Assembly (NCBI GenBank): GCA_003427395.1
Contig: BFEA01000005.1
Coordinates: 7,182,825 to 7,246,824, forward strand
Reading direction: 5' to 3'
Length of the DNA: 64,000 bases
DNA from: Chara braunii
Lineage: Eukaryota; Plantae; Charophyceae
The translations under genes were made by a program, and so were the position numbers. Numbering within the stretch: the stretch's first letter is position 1; every line of letters starts with the position of its first letter. Of the stretch, positions 61,590 to 64,000 are shown in pieces. A model generated the notes under the pieces. It saw only the letters and a program-made list of their open reading frames with translations, was not told the origin of the DNA and made no database searches.

Positions 61590-63650
61590 TTTTTTTTTCT
61601 TTTTTTCTTTTTCTTAACACACGCCCCTTCTATTCCGGGGGGCAACAGTCCGGTTACTTATTCCCGGCAAGCATGTTTGTACAAAGACAGTGGGGGAGAA
61701 AAGAACATAGAAGAAGGGTCAGCCTAGCCCTTGTGGCACTAGCCGTCCGGACCAAGGGGGACCAGCTTCTGTGCAACCCCACCCCACCCCCTCAAACCTT
61801 TGCCCCTCCACGCTGGATTGCCCTACTGGCCGGGAGGCTTACTAGCAGCACCCAGACACGAAGTAGGGTAATCCCTGGGGGGGCTCGGAGCGAGGGGGGG
61901 GCGTTCAGGGCAGTCCCTGAGGCCGCTTGCCATTCATCAACTGTTTGCATATCAATCCAGCCTTGCCTAGTATCTGCCTACGGCAATCCTGCAGAAGTCT
62001 ACCTCACACATAAAGCCTACCCTATTCCTATGTGAGCCTTTCACAACCTTCACCATCCCTAAGACCCCATCCAATTGTCTGTACCCTTTGCCTAGTTATT
62101 GTCCTACTGACAAGAAACTCGTTTCTAATTTTAGTGGCCCCAGCGTGTTCCTGTTTCTGTTCCTCCATGCCTCCCATCCCCTGTTCCTGTCTCCAACAGC
62201 TTCCTGTATTTTTTGCATTTTAAATTTTTAATACAAAAAAAAAACTTCCCTTCCCCTCCCCCCAGGCTATGACGTCTTTTACGGTATATACCTACCTACC
62301 TATTGTACATCTACCTTTCTCACAATCGCTCTCCTTTCCATTCTACCTAACCCAAAAAACGTGGCTATATTACACACCGGCTGCTTTCATGATGATCTGT
62401 CCCCCTCTTCCTACTCATCACCTGCTTCCCCTTCTCGGTCGGTCCCAGGCATTTGATGCAGCGATGCTGGGCCCAGCTGCATTAGGCCCGTCTGGGGGTG
62501 GCGGGTGAGCAGCTGCAGGTACGGCTCCCATCTTCTCGAAAATCCTCTCTTTCTGTTCACCCCTATGCGTGGATTGTAGATCTGCCGAGAGGGCAATTCT
62601 GATGTTCTCCAGCGCCCTTTCTTGATACGTCTGCGGTGGCGGTGCAGTTCCCTGTCTACGCCGCTCATTCCTCAAAGTCCGTAGAGTCCACAGCACCGCC
62701 GCCCGGATAATCTCTGAAGCCATCAGGTTCTTCGGCTGTGATCTATCCACCTTCATCATAACGCCAACGAGGATAGCTGCATCATCTGCCTCTGTGACTC
62801 CTAGAGGGGTTTTGTCCGCCATCTCTTGCGCCCACCATTCCCTGAAGGCATGGACTACTGGACATCTGACAAATAGATGAGGGGCATTCTCCACCTGCCC
62901 TCACCACGCAGCATAAGACTGATCCTTATGCTGACTTCTTGTTGCTAGCCATTATGCTGTTGGGATTGCCAGTTGGTACAGCTTCCACAGCAGGCACACG
63001 TTCTTCTGGTCTGGAAGGGCAGCCAAGATGGCGCTTTGCTCATTCCTTCTGCGGTGAGTCCATCTGCCGACATAGGCATCCGGGATCCAGTTCCCCTTGG
63101 CCCATCCGCTTTTCAATTCTCCGCATATGTCCACAGGGTCCTCCACTAAAGAGTTGTATATGTTTTTCATGGTAACAGCTGCCACAGCAGGCACACGTTC
63201 TTCTGGTCTGGAAGTGCAGCCAAGATGGCGCTTTGCTCATTCCTTCTGCGGCGAGTCCATCTGCTGACATAGGCATCCGGGATCCAGTTCCCCTTGGCCC
63301 ATCCACTTTTCAATTCTCCGCATATGTCCACAGGGTCCACTAAAGAGTTGTATATGTTTTTCATGGTAAGGCACTGGAGCTGCAGCGCCTTTCTCTGCAT
63401 CCTTTGAGCCGGCCACTACCACTCCACGGGGTCCCAGACCAGGTCCTGTCTTCGAGCCGCAATTCGGAACGGCAGGTACTGTCCTTTCCCCTTCGGACCC
63501 CCTTCACACACCGCCACTGTTTGCATCATGCACCTATCTATCATTTTTTGGGGGTTCTCCTCTTGCTCAGCACATTCTTGCAGTCCTTCATAGTTCGAGT
63601 TCACCTGCCATCCCGTCACTTCCAGGTTACCGTCTGCGGAGAAGGCATTC
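61590..63650 (-). mobile_element. LINE 3' fragment with internal ~195-bp tandem duplication
   Basis: zf-RVT-like ENAPHLFVRCP, AVLWTLRTLRNER; 62985-63175 repeated at 63183-63370; A-rich end on minus strand near 61590. Confidence 0.7.
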
Positions 63651-63656
63651 TACATA

Positions 63657-63760
63657 AGTCGGTCAAACTCCGACGGATCGTCACAGCCCCTTGTTTGTTG
63701 TCCTCTTCTCCGTCTCTGCCTATGGTTTACCGGCCAGTTCTGTTTGACGACATATACATG
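63657..63760 (+). repeat. 5'-truncated hammerhead-repeat copy
   Basis: AGTCGGTCAAACTCCGACG..GTCACAGCCCCTTG...GTTTGACGACATATA. Confidence 0.8.
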
Positions 63761-63774
63761 TTAAAAATATATTC

Positions 63775-64000
63775 ATCCCTTTCTGTGCTTGGCCGCAGAC
63801 GGCTGCGTTCCTCCTCGCCACCCCCATCTCCTCCACGGTCTCGTTTGAGAACCGATTCTCCGGTTTCTATTCTTCCCATTGTTCCGCCTTCATTGCCAGT
63901 GACATCTTCTGTTAGAAACATCGCCACTCCTCTTATTGTGTATCATCGTCGACGACATGCACAACATCGCCACTTGGACAGGGATCAGCGGCCTGCTTCT
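63775..64000 (+). repeat. Second copy of the sequence at ~26657-26885
   Basis: TCTGTGCTTGGCC..AGAC..CACCCCCATCTCCTCCA.GGTCTCG...CAGGGATCA shared. Confidence 0.8.

Overview
Repeat-dominated eukaryotic DNA; the element families and protein style suggest a charophyte alga such as Chara braunii (inference, not verified). The window holds: several nested, decayed Ty3/gypsy LTR retrotransposons, mostly with chromodomains; a Penelope-like element (PLE) with GIY-YIG upstream of RT and minimal type I hammerhead ribozymes in its pseudo-LTRs; a PIF/Harbinger transposon with intact TIRs/TSD and two Tourist-like MITEs; two LINE 3' fragments; one probable intronless host gene (883-aa double-RING E3 ligase); an ~810-nt N gap; and a Nextera adapter artefact. 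The most unusual signal is a dispersed repeat carrying a complete type III hammerhead ribozyme (full copies at 8394 and 39284, five 5'-truncated or diverged copies, often at (AT)n). It appears to bound a larger element (~25966-39415, split by a gypsy insertion) whose 3' ORF encodes a USP-deubiquitinase-like His box plus two RING-like fingers. A second oddity is an Athila-like element whose 259-bp LTR is almost entirely one hairpin.
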